The notes beneath the pieces are model-generated. The model worked only from the letters and a program-made list of their open reading frames with translations, was not told the DNA's origin and did no database searches. From contig NC_042998.1 of the NCBI RefSeq assembly GCF_006345805.1, positions 27,156,001-27,220,000 on the forward strand: a DNA stretch of 64,000 nucleotides, given 5' to 3'. This document shows positions 37,605-50,010 of the stretch, piece after piece. The stretch is from Octopus sinensis. Its lineage: Eukaryota. Each line of letters begins with the position of its first letter. The first letter of the stretch is position 1. Made by a program: the position numbers and the translations under genes.

Positions 37605-38000
37605 GGTATGGTCATACTAGGGCACCGTCTTGAAGAATTTTAGTCAAACAAATCGATTACAGAACTCAATTTTTTTTTAGCTCACTACTTTGTATCATTT
37701 TTTTTCTTTTTTGCTGAACTGCTAAGTTACAGAAGTGTAAACACACTAACATCGGTTGTCAAGTGGTGGTGGGGTAGGACAAAGACACACACACATGCAT
37801 GCACGCATGCATATACACATGTTCATGCACACATACACTCACACACACATGTATATACGCAGCAGGCTTCTTTCAGTTTCTGTCTACAAAATCAAGGCTT
37901 TGGTGGGCCCAAGGTTATACTAGAAGACACTTGCTCAAGGTGCTACACAGCAGGACTGAACTCAGAACCGTGTGGTTGAAAAGCAAACTTTTGACCACAA
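37605..38000 (-). mobile_element. SINE family A
   Basis: Reverse complement of family A with internal (CA)n. Confidence 0.75.
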
Positions 38001-38104
38001 AGCCACACCCGTGACTCTTACTGACCATTACTTTATTTTCATTTCATTATGCTGATCTTTGCCTACTTCAATACTTTCCCTTTCTAAGCAACAAAACGAA
38101 ATCC

Positions 38105-38260
38105 TCCTCCTCATCATCATTTTCCATACTGGCATGGGTTTCATGGTTTAACAAGGAGCTGGCAAGCTGGAGAGCTGCACCAGGCTCTAATTGTCTGTTG
38201 TAGCAAGGCTCCTACAGCTGGATGCCCTTCCAAATGCCATCCACTTTATTGGCAAAAAAG
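38105..38260 (-). mobile_element. RTE 3' UTR fragment hosting the minisatellite
   Basis: catcatcattttccatactggcatggg...ctggatgcccttcc; the element appears to resume at 40179-40290. Confidence 0.75.
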
Positions 38261-38264
38261 ACTG

Positions 38265-40167
38265 ATAGAATGCACCCAGTACACAGGTGTTGCAAACAGA
38301 ATGCACCCAGTATACAGGTGTCACCACATAGAATGCACCCAGTACACAGGTGATGCCACATAGAATGAACTGAGTGCACAGGTGTTGCAACATTGAATGC
38401 ACCCAGTATGCAGGTGATGCCACATAGAATGCACCCACTACACAGGTGATGCCACATAGAATGCACCCAGTACACAGGTGTCACCACATAGAATGCACCC
38501 AGTATGCAGGTGATGCCACATAGAATACACCCACTACACAGGTGATGCCACATAGAATGCACTGAGTGCACAGGTGTTGCAACATTGAATGCACCCAGTA
38601 TGCAGGTGATGCCACATAGAATGCACCCACTACACAGGTGATGCCACATAGAATGCACCCAGTACACAGGTGTCACCACATAGAATGCACCCAGTATGCA
38701 GGTGATGCCACATAGAATACACCCACTACACAGGTGATGCCACATAGAATGCACTGAGTGCACAGGTGTTGCAACATTGAATGCACCCAGTATACAGGTG
38801 TCACCACATAGAATGCACCCAGTACACAGGTGATGCCACATAGAATGAACTGAGTGCACAGGTGTTGCAACATTGAATGCACCCAGTATGCAGGTGATGC
38901 CACATAGAATGCACCCACTACACAGGTGATGCCACATAGAATGCACCCAGTACACAGGTGTCACCACATAGAATGCACCCAGTATGCAGGTGATGCCACA
39001 TAGAATGCACCCACTACACAGGTGATGTCACATAGAATGCACTGAGTGCACAGGTGTTGCAACATTGAATGCACCCAGTACACAGGTGTTGCCATATAGA
39101 ATGTACCCAGTACACAGGTGTTACCATATAGAATGCACCCAGTACACAGATGTTGCCATGTAGAATGCACCCAGTACACAGGTGTTGCCATATAGAATGC
39201 ACCCAGTACACAGGTGTTGCAACATAGAGTGCACCCAGTACACAAGTGTTGCCATATAGAATGCACCCAGTACACAGGTGTTGCCACATAGAGTGCACCC
39301 AGTACACAGGTGTTGCCACATAGAATGCACCCAGTACACAGGTGTTGCCATATAGAATGTAATCAGTACACAGGTGTTGCCATATAGAATGCACCCAGTA
39401 CACAGATGTTGCCATGTAGAATGCACCCAGTACACAGGTGTTGTCACATAGAATGCACCCAGTACACAGGTGTTGCCACATAGAATGCACCCAGTACACA
39501 GGTGATGCCACATAGAATGCACTGAGTGCACAAGTGTTGCAACATTGAATGTACCCAGTATGCAGGTGATGCCACATAGAATGCAACCACTACACAGGTG
39601 ATGCCACATAGAATGCACCCAGTACACAGGTGTCACCACATAGAATGCACCCAGTATGCAGGTGATGCCACATAGAATGCACCCACTACACAGGTGATGC
39701 CACATAGAATGCACTGAGTGCACAGGTGTTGCAACATAGAGTGCACCCAGTACACAGGTGTTGCCATATAGAATGCACCCAGTACACAGGTGTTGCCACA
39801 TAGAATGCACCCAGTACACAGGTGTTGCCACATAGAATGCACCCAGTACACAGGTGTTGCCATATAGAATGTACCCAGTACACAGGTGTTGCCATATAGA
39901 ATGCACCCAATACACAGATGTTGCCATGTAGAATGCACCCAGTACACAGGTGTTGCCATATAGAATGCACCCAGTACACAGGTGTTGCCACATAGAATGC
40001 ACCCAGTACACAGGTGTTGCCACATAGAATGCACCCAGTACACAGGTGTTGCCATGTAGAATACACCCAGTACACAGGTGATGCCACATAGAATGCACCC
40101 AGTACACAGGTGTTGCCACATAGAATGCACCAAGTATACAGGTGCTGCCACATAGAATGCACCCAGT
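38265..40167. repeat. 32-bp minisatellite, ~59 units, with higher-order structure
   Basis: Unit catagaatgcacccagtacacaggtgttgcca; 6-unit (192 bp) blocks repeated in tandem around 38417-38800. Confidence 0.95.
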
Positions 40168-41084
40168 ACACAGAGTGAACTGGGTGCATTCTGTGTGGCA
40201 ACATCACAGGAGCATTTTATGTGACACCTGCACAGGTACTTTTTATGTGACACCTGCACAGGTACCTTTTATATGGCACCAGTGCATTGCTTCAAATTGT
40301 ATTGTAATAGGTTAAATGTAAAGTGAGGAGTTTTTTCATCATACCTGCTGATTTCATGTTGATAATGAATAATATCAATCAGGTTATATCATAGTTTTGC
40401 TTTTTATGCTGTACAATTAGTATGAGCAAGTAATTAAATGGTTAAAAAAGTTATTGGATTTCACATCTTCACATAAAAACAAAATTAAAAGCAATTTTTA
40501 TTAAATAAATAAAAAATTGTTGAAACTGAAAGTTAAAAGTTTACTGAAAAATACAGCAAAAGTGGCAGTTAATAATTACTGGTGGAAGGTCCCTAGGTCA
40601 AGTGAATAATATATTTGCCAAAGTGGTCATTGTATAGTAAACAGTAACATTTCCCAAATTTATATTCCATTTTAAACAAGAACATAACAGAGATGCAATA
40701 ACAGCAAATTCTAAATGATTCTCTATAGAGAATTGACACTGAATCATTAAATGCTGGACTAAATGGACTATTGAATTTAATTTAGCATCACAGAAAATGA
40801 AGAACAAAATATCACACCTTAATTGCAAACCACAATGATAATTTTTTTTAAAAAAACTTTCAAAGAGGAAAAATTACTGCACATTTGTTTAAGAGTAGGT
40901 TTTGAAACCCCACCTCTACCATAAAATGTTGAGCATTTTGTTTTAAAAAAAGAAAAATCATAGCATTTGGATTTTTATTTTGAAGTTCAGAGCATCAGAA
41001 TGTATTCCCCCAACCATGCTAATAAATGGTAGATGATCTTTCATTTCGAGAACATTGTGAAAAAGTTAAACATTTAAACATGTA

Positions 41085-41820
41085 GACACAGGTGTGACTG
41101 TGTGGTAAAAACTTGCTTCCCAACCACATGGTTCCGGGTTCAGTCTCACTGCATGGCACCTTGGGCAAGTGTCTTCTACTATAACCTCAGGGCGACCGAA
41201 ACCTTGTGAGTACATTTGGTTGATGCAAACTGAAAGAAACCCATTGTATATATAAAACAATAAATGTCGCCCTTTTCAAACCTAGCCATGCTCATGGGCC
41301 TGGTTTCCCAGTTTCTGTGGCATATGTGTTCCCCCCCAGCTGGACGGGACACCAGTCCATCACAGCATTACTCAAAAAACAGGAAAAGAGAGTGAGAGAA
41401 AGTTGTGGCGAAAGAATACAACAGGGGTCGTCAACCGACCCCTGCTGGAGCCTCGTGGAGCTTTTAGGTGTTTTCGCTCAATAAACACACACAACGCCCA
41501 GTCTCAGCATCGAAACCGCAATCCTTCAATTGTGAGTCCGCTGCCCCTGACCACTGGGCCATTGTGCCTCCACATTGTATATACATAAATATATGTATGT
41601 GTGTGTGTGTGTATCTGTGTTTGTCCTCCACCACTGCTTGACAACCGGTGTTGGTGTGTTTACATCCCTTTAACTTAGCAGTTCAGGAAAAGAGATTGAT
41701 AGCATATGTACCACACTTAAAAAATTAAAAAATAGGTGCTAGGGTTGATTTGGTTGACTAAAATTCTCCGACACAATGTCCCAGCATGGCTGCAGTCTAA
41801 TGACTGAAACAAGTAAAAGA
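41085..41820 (+). mobile_element. SINE family A split by an inverted family C SINE (about 41265-41575)
   Basis: Family A head to 41240 and tail from 41590; the middle is the reverse complement of the 57885-58140 type. Confidence 0.75.
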
Positions 41821-42218
41821 TTTGGCAAATGTAGACATGGCCTCAACTGTAACTTCAAATTTGCAAAATATCGTACAAGTTATAGTCATTGCGGCTACCA
41901 TAACAGTAATTCTATTGCTAGTCTATAGGAACAGAAAAATATCCAAAATCAAATGACCAATTGGCAAAAATTTGGAATGTTATATTGGTCATAAAAGATA
42001 CATATGCATATACCCAGGCCTGTTCCCCATTTTTTTAGGAGGGAGCAGCCACAACAAGACACACATCAGGCATTCCATTAATTTCCCAACTCAAAGAGGC
42101 GAGCACTGTTCTATGCTCGGGTCAAGGCATAGAACGCAACCCCCAACATCAACAGCGGTGCCTGACAGCATATGCTCGTTTCATACACCTTTGAGCAACA
42201 TTGTACTCCTTTGAGTAA

Positions 42219-42255
<37 letters not shown>

Positions 42256-42492
42256 GTCATCATCATCGTTTAATGTCCGTTTTCCATGCTGGCATGGGTT
42301 GGACGGTTTGACTAGGGATTGGCAAGCCAGGAGGCCACACCAGGCTCCATTCTGATCTGGTAATGTTTCTACAGCTGGATGCCGTTCCTAACGCCAACCA
42401 CTCCGTGAGTGTAGTGGGTGCGTTTTAGATTTCACTGGCATGGGGGGGGGTTAGTCAGTCAGCACTGGCATCAACCACGTTCAAATGGTGTC
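42219..42492 (-). mobile_element. RTE 3' UTR fragment with long (CAT)n
   Basis: About 15 CAT units followed by the family core. Confidence 0.85.
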
Positions 42493-42684
42493 TTGACTAA
42501 AATTTTGTGAGTGGGTTTGGTAGATTGGGACTGAAAGAAGCCAGCAATGTGTGTGTGTGTGTGTGTGTGTGTATTTGTCCCCACCACTGTTTGACAACTG
42601 GTGTTGGTGTGTTTTATGGTTTTATGGTGTATGGTGTGTTTTATGACTGATAAAATAAGTACTCAGGTCGTACTATAGGCGTAG

Positions 42685-42842
42685 GAATGGCTGTGTGGTA
42701 AGTAGCTTGCTTACCAACCACATGGTTCTGGGTTCAGTCCCACTGCGTGGCACCTTGGGCAAGTGTCTTCTATTATAGCCTTGGGCTGATCAAAGCCATG
42801 TGAGTGGATTTGGTAGACGGAAACTGAAAGAAGCCCATCGTA

Positions 42843-42893
<51 letters not shown>

Positions 42894-43125
42894 ATGTATA
42901 TACATATGTACGTGTGTGTATATGTTTGTGTGTCTGTGTTTGTCCCCCCAACATCACTTGACAACTGATGCTGGTGTGTTTATGTCCCCGTCACTTAGCG
43001 GTTTGGCAAAAGAGACCAATAGAATAAGTACTAGACTTACAAAGAATAAGTCCTGGGTTTGATTTGCTTGACTAAAGGCGATGCTCCAGCATGGCCACTG
43101 TCAAATGGCTGAAACAAGGAAAAAA
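42685..43125 (+). mobile_element. SINE family A, full length
   Basis: Near-identical to 27568-27960 with a longer internal microsatellite. Confidence 0.9.
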
Positions 43126-43301
43126 GAAACAAAATACAAGATATAATGGCAAACAAGGTGAAAACAAAATGATTGTGAAACCCCATAGTTAAATCAGTCT
43201 TTGTTTGGCAGATCCCATTGATGCCATGAGCACAAGAAGGCAGCAAGTTGGGAAAAATGTTAGCATGCCTGGTGAAATGCTTAGTGGTATTTCATCTGTC
43301 T

Positions 43302-43534
43302 AAGGCGGTGAGCTGGCAGAATCGTTTGCACGTCAGACGAAATGCTTAGCGGTATTTCGTCTGTCGTTACGTTCTGAGTTCAAATTCCGCAGGGGTCGAC
43401 TTTGCCTTTCATCCTCTCGGGGTCGATAAATGAAGTACCAGTTACGCACTGGGGTCGATGTAATCGACTTAATACCTATGTCTGTCCCTGTTTGTCCCCT
43501 CTGTGTTTAGCCCCTTGTGGGTAATAAAGAAATA
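43302..43534 (+). mobile_element. Young family B SINE nested in an older family B SINE (about 43225-43710)
   Basis: 16 bp TSD ggtatttc(a/c)tctgtct at 43286-43301 and 43535-43550; B-box gagttcaaattccg. Confidence 0.9.
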
Positions 43535-43949
43535 GGTATTTCCTCTGTCTTTACATTCTGAGTTCAAATTCTGCCAAGTTCGACTTTGCCTTTCCTCCTT
43601 TCGGAGTCAACAAATTAAGTACCAGTTGTGTACTGAGGTTGATCTAATTGACTGGCCCTGCCTCCCCAAAAATTTCGGGCCTTGTGCCTAGAGTAGAAAA
43701 GATTATATATGAGTACAAGAGATATGGGGTTTTACCAAAGGTGAATGTCATATCATGCAAGGAACTACAGACAGTCCCTTCTTGAATTACTTCCAAGAAT
43801 TTAGCTGGTATAATTTTTACAGCTGTAAGGCACAAGTATTCTTTCTATGAAACGAAAACTGTGATTGTTTGCTTTTCACTTTGATTTTCACTGTTTTATT
43901 TATGTACTCAGAGTGAAAGATCTCTGCCTTTAAACATTTTTTTTCCTGC

Positions 43950-44420
43950 CTTTAGCCCTCCAACGCAGAGTATAGGCCACTTATAACTGAATTCCATGTC
44001 ACATAATTTTTCGCTTCTGTACTTATACTCTGCCATGAATGTCCCCCTTTCTCTAGTTCCTTTTGTGTTGATCTACGCCACGAGTTCTTAGGCCTACCTC
44101 TCTTTCTATATCCATCCGGTTTCCACTGTAAAGCACTTTTCGCTACATTTGGTGTGTCTTTTTTAATTGTGCTACCAATCCACTTTCACTTTTTCTTAAA
44201 TATTTGCTCCCTAATCGAAACTTCATTTGTTCTTTGCCATAGCTCCATATTACTTGTGTATTCGGGCCATCTAATTTTAAGTATACTACGCAAGCATCTG
44301 TTGATGAATGATTGTATTTGCTTATTTGACTTAACTGTTGTTCACCATGTCTCAGCCCCATACAATAACACCGCTTTTACATTAGTGTTAAAAATTAATA
44401 TCTTTAAAACTTACAGCTTA
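43950..44420 (-). mobile_element. Decayed RTE LINE fragment
   Basis: Minus-strand IFNTNVKAVLLYGAETW and ALQWKPDGYRKRGRPKNSWRR. Confidence 0.75.
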
Positions 44421-45597
44421 TAAAAATCATTAATACTGTTCAAGATGGTGACATGGATTTTGAATGCTCTTGTGATGTTATACTCACATTTATTTATTTA
44501 TTTATACTGTATATAATATGAGAGAGTGGAGGAGGGGGATTTGAAAGAGAGCCACATAAACAAAGTATTTTGTTTATTGTACTCAAACACTTCATTTATA
44601 ATAACAAGGTTGTTTTCATCTTTCTTTTTATGGCCAGCTATATCGGTTTAATAAAAAAAATAGAGATCTGAAAATATGATAGTAATAATGGGCAAATAAA
44701 ACTAAATCAGTGCTTCAATTGTGAATTCAGAGAAACAATTAAATGTTGTATTTAACAGTTTGTACATAATAGATACTACAAAACTGGCTCTAGTTTCTTA
44801 AGAGCTGTGTTATTGACACCAAAAATATGTTCTATTGTCTGACTGCTTAGAAGTGCTTTTCACAGTAAGGTCAAGCTTTCTCATGCTTTTTTAATAAATT
44901 CAGTAAAGCTGTCTTCATTTTGGCATTTTCTTCTTTAATTTTATTCATAATCTACTTGCTCCAGTATCTCTGGCAAATTCATAAAACCCCTAAGTTTTAT
45001 TATAATTATCTTCCATTTTATTTTTACTATTTTAAATTTTTGTGTATGAAATTGTTAATCTCTGCATCATTTAAACTTTTTTTTATGTTTTTTTTTTATG
45101 TTTACATAATTTTCAAAGTCCATGTCTTTTATGCATCTATCTTCTACTGGTACTTAAGCCCCCCGCCCCAATATTTTACACCTTTTTAAAAAATTTTAGA
45201 TTATTCGATAATTGGTGACTTTCTTTAATGGGTCGTTAACTCAAATAAATTTAAGAAAAAAAAAGTTCCTTTACTTGTATCATTCATTAGACTGTGGCCA
45301 TGCTGGGGCACTGCCTTGAAGATCCTAAAACTTATTTCTTTTTTTAAAACATGGGACTTATTCTATCAGTCTGTTTTGCCAAACTTCTAAGTTACCCTGA
45401 TTCAAACATATCATTGGTTGTCAAGTAATGCCAAGGGAACAACACAGACACAAACACACAAGCACATACATACATACATACATACATACATACTACATAC
45501 ATACATACATACATACATACATACATGCATACATACAAACATATACACATATACATACGTATATACATATACATGTTTGTATACATACATTCATATG

Positions 45598-45960
45598 ATT
45601 ATCATCATCATTTAACATTCGCTTTCTATGCTGGCATGGGTTGAACGGTTTGACTGAGGACTGGTAAGCCAGGAGGCTGCACTAGGCTCCAGTTTGATCC
45701 AGCAAAGTTTTTACAGCTGGATGCCCTTCCAGATGCCAACCACTCCGAAAGTGTAACGAGTGCTTCTTATGTGCCACTGACATGATGGCTAGTCAGGCAA
45801 CACTGGCATCAACCACACTTGAATGGTGGTTTTTATGTGTCACAGGCACAGGAGCCAGTCAGGCAGCATTGGCATCAACCACACTCAAATGGTACTTTTT
45901 ATGTGCCACCGACACTGGCATCAGCCATGCTCAAATAGTGCTTTTTATATGCCACTGATG
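45598..45960 (-). mobile_element. RTE 3' UTR fragment with repeated sub-modules
   Basis: Family core plus several ggcatcaaccacact...tttatgtgcc modules. Confidence 0.8.
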
Positions 45961-46810
45961 GCAAAAAGGGCAACTGTGTATAGATAATCTGCTTCAATAG
46001 CTCCATATGACCCATACAAATATGGAAAAGAGGACATTAAAACAAAGTTAATACTAGGTTGCCATGAAAATTGGCCTGAATTGTTTGAAAACAACCTCTG
46101 GAATGATGAGGCTGTATTCCATGTTGGTGGTTTCATCAATCGTCACAACTGCCATTATTGGGTGTCATGTGATAATGATCTAAACATGTTGGCTGAGAGG
46201 ATGCAAGCCCGACCAAAAGTGACCGTGTGACATGGAATGGCAGCAACAAGTGTTGTCAGCCCAAATCTTCTGTGTGACACCAGGTATACAGATCGCTATC
46301 TTCAGATGCTCAAAAATTACATGTGGCCAATGGTGTCTGGCTGGGATAATATTGGTGACCTGATATTCATGCGGGATGGTGTGCCAGCCCATTTTGCTCT
46401 TACTGTGCATGTGTGGCTAGACCAACATTTTTCAGGATGCTGGAGGGGATGATGTGGACATCATGACTGGCCTCCAAGAAGTCCAGATCTCACTCAAATG
46501 ATTTTTACCTGTGGGGTTACACAAAAGAAGAGATGTCCAAGACAAAACCTTGCACACTGGAGGACTTGGAGACACGGATTCAAGAGGTTCTTAATGATAT
46601 CCCAGACGATGCCCTTCAGAGGGTTGTTCATTCCATCCCTGGCCATTTGAGGAAATGGTTGACACCACCGGTGCTTATGTTGAAATATGAAGATTTACTT
46701 TCATTTTCCCATGTAAGAAAGAACATGTATCATTTGCTTCAATAAATTTGTAAAAGAAATATGGATTTTATTATCAATTTTTGATGCCTACTTACTTTTC
46801 ACCCTCCCTG
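45960..46810 (+). mobile_element. Decayed Tc1/mariner transposon, DD41D (rosa)-like, 3' part
   Basis: WNDEAVFHVGGFINRHNC, FMRDGVPAHF, WPPRSPDLT(Q/C)DF; manual count gives 41 residues between the 2nd and 3rd D across a frameshift; ends ...caccctccctg|TA. Confidence 0.85.
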
Positions 46811-47190
<380 letters not shown>

Positions 47191-47475
47191 GAGAGTTAAA
47201 GGAAGTAGGGGCATACAAAGCAGAAATTTAGAAGGAGGAAAGAAAAAAAGAAGGAAAAATGGAGAGAATTTGAATGGAAAGAACACTTCTTTATTGGTTG
47301 TGCAGTCAAATTAGTAGAAAACTTCAAGAAAGTAATGATTAGGTCAGCAATAAACTGAATCATATACACACCCATCCTTAAAATGTTATTTAACAAAGTG
47401 TGTGTATGCACATATATATATATGTAATGTATACATAGGAGATAGGGGTACGTTACGCCGCCTTAATATATTATA

Positions 47476-47841
47476 TAGAAATCAAATATAAAATATAAAT
47501 TACGCAAAAACACACAAAGAGACGACACAAAAAAACAGACAGGTCACTCGAAGCCTCTAATCTTCAGTCGGAACCGGATCATCTTAGCAATTTCGGCTGT
47601 TTAATTTCGAAGATTAAACAGACGGGTCACTCAAAGCCTCTAATCTTCAGTCAGAACCGGATCATCTTAGCAATTTCGGCTGTTTAATTTCGAAGATTAA
47701 ACAGCCGAAATTGCCAAGATGATCCGGTTCCGACTGAAGATTAGAGGCTTCGAGTGACCCGTCTGTTTTTTTGTGTCGTCTCTTTGTGTGTTTTTGCGTT
47801 CTTGTCCCACTTTGTAATTTATATTTTATATTTTATATTTG

Positions 47842-47850
<9 letters not shown>
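47476..47850. mobile_element. Fold-back element with a tandemly duplicated 83 bp arm (PLE-like)
   Basis: Direct copies start at 47533 and 47616; inverted arm from about 47695; TA-rich flanks. Confidence 0.7.
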
Positions 47851-47898
<48 letters not shown>

Positions 47899-47907
47899 TC
47901 GGCAAAA

Positions 47908-49115
47908 CATATATCACTTTCCAGGGAGAAAAACTAGAAATAGCTGATAGTTTCTGTTACCTAGGTGACCAAGTCAGCAGCAGGGGCGGGTGTGCTGAAA
48001 GTGTAACTGCTAGAGTAAGAATAGCTTGGGCAAAGTTCAGAGAGCTCTTACCTCTGCTGGTGACAAAAGGCCTCTCGCACAGAGTGAAAGGCAGACTGTA
48101 TGATGCGTGTGTACGAACAGCCATGCTACATGGCAGTGAAACATGGGCCGTGACTGCTGAGGATATGCGTAAGCTCGCTAGAAATGAAGCCAGTATGCTC
48201 CGATGGATGTGTAATGCCGGTACTCACACTCGGCAGAGTGTAAGTACCTTGAGAGAAAAGCTGGACCTAAGAAGCATCAGTTGTGGTGTGCAAGAGAGAC
48301 GTTTGCGCTGGTATGGTCATGTGGCGAGAATGGATGAAGATAGTTGTGTGAAAAAGTGCCACACCCTAGCGGTTGAGGGAACCTGTGGAAGAGGCAGACC
48401 CAGGAAAACCTGGGACGAGGTGGTGAAGCATGACCTTCGAACTTTAGGTCTCACTGAGGAAATGACTAGAGACCGAGACCTCTGGAAGTGTGCTGTGCGC
48501 GAGAAGACCCGGCAGGACAAGTGAGTCCATAACCCGTGGCCTTCTACATGGGATGGAGCCAGCCTACGTATGCATACCTTCCCTTCTTGGGACACAAAAC
48601 TCTACTTGTGAAGACGTGTTGAGGCAAGTGAGGATCAGAATCGAAATCGATCAATGGAAATTGCGGATGTGCTACCAGTGCCGGTGGCATGTCGAAACTC
48701 TGCTTGTGAAGACCTCGTTGAGGCAAGTGAGGATCAGAATCGAAATCGATCAATGGAAATTGCAGATGTGTTACCAGTGCCGGTGGCATGTAAGAGAACT
48801 TTCCGTTTCGCGACCGTTGCCAGCACCGCCCCGTTTCGTGTCCGTTGCCAGCCTCGCCTGGCCCTCGTGCCGGTGGCACATAAAAAGCACCATCCGTTCG
48901 TGGCCGTTTGCCAGCTCTGTCTGGCACCAGTGCGGGTGGCACGTAAAAAGCACCCCCTACACTCACGGAGTGGTTGGCGTTAGGAAGGGCATCCAGCCGT
49001 AGAAACACTGCCAGATTTGACTGGGCCTGATGAAGCCTTCTGGCTTCACAGACCCCAGTAGAACCGTCCAACCCATGCTAGCATGGAAAACGGACGCTAA
49101 ACGATGATGATGATG
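47908..49115 (+). mobile_element. 5'-truncated RTE-clade LINE (ORF C-terminus plus ~590 bp 3' UTR)
   Basis: Uninterrupted frame with FCYLG, LHGSETW, RLRWYGHV, GRGRPRKTW; (GAT)n tail; 13 bp TSD atgttcggcaaaa at 47895-47907 and 49116-49128; inserted in a family A SINE tail. Confidence 0.95.
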
Positions 49116-49249
49116 ATGTTCGGCAAAAGAGACCAATAGAATAAGTACTAGGCTTACAAAGAATAAGTCCTGGGGTCGATTTGCTCGACTAAAGACGGTG
49201 CTCCAGCATGGCCGCAGTCAAATGACTGAAACAAGTAAAAGAGTAAAGA

Positions 49250-49283
<34 letters not shown>

Positions 49284-49308
49284 TTTATTTAAAAGCAGCA
49301 GAAATTCA

Positions 49309-49360
49309 ACAAAACCTGTTACTCTGAGTTTCACGTTCCCATTCGTCGGACAGTTTTTGT
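49309..49360 (-). ncRNA. Type I hammerhead motif, CCGACGA core, minus strand
   Basis: ACAAAAACUGU-CCGACGA-AUG(GGAA)CGU-GAAA-CUCAGA-GUA-ACAGGUUUUGU. Confidence 0.7.
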
Positions 49361-49369
49361 TAAAATAGG

Positions 49370-49421
49370 ACAAAAACTGTCCGACGAACGAGAACGTGAA
49401 ACTCAGAGTAACAGGTTTTGT
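49370..49421 (+). ncRNA. Type I hammerhead motif, CCGACGA core, plus strand
   Basis: Stem I ACAAAAACUGU/ACAGGUUUUGU (one A-G mismatch), core 49381-49387, stem II ACG/CGU, GAAA 49398-49401, stem III ACU/AGU, GUA site ending 49410. Confidence 0.75.
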
Positions 49422-49961
49422 TGAATTTCTGCTGCTTTTAAATAAAGCATATTACTCTACCCCTGGTATTTGAGTATTCTTTTTTCCACCTTGTTTCACA
49501 TTTATGTGTTTACTCCGGTATATATATATAGAGAGAGAGAGAGGGGGGAGAGGGAGAGAAATAGATGCAGGTATAATTGTGTGGTTACAAATTATACATG
49601 TATGTATGTATAATTAGATAAAGATAGTTATGGCTAGTCTATGGGGTTACCCTGGGTTTCATGTCCATAAACCGCTTAGCTTTATGGCATTTCTTTAGAC
49701 CCTTGTTACTCTACTGCTCTTTAACTTAGAGTGTGCTTCTCTTTTGGATTTATGACTTACTGAGGCTAAATATATATATATATCAATTTAAGTATCTCTA
49801 TTTTCCTATTTATCTTAACTATATATAAACCCCGATTTATCCAATTACCTTACAGTTGAATATTAAATGTAATATTCAATACTTTTTGTAATAGGTAATA
49901 AACTAGTATAATCATTGGATTTCATTATCCCCTAATGAGGTTTTTAACATTTAATTCAATT

Positions 49962-50010
<49 letters not shown>

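Larger units (their letters stand above)
49282..49519. mobile_element. Fold-back element, family H2, with two hammerhead motifs
   Basis: Inverted arms of about 80 bp; (TA)n flanks; opposite orientation to 30942-31154. Confidence 0.8.

Noticed and set aside
38187-40259. Long repetitive ORFs (VYWVHSMW...)
   Set aside because: Products of the 32 bp minisatellite, open in several frames at once.
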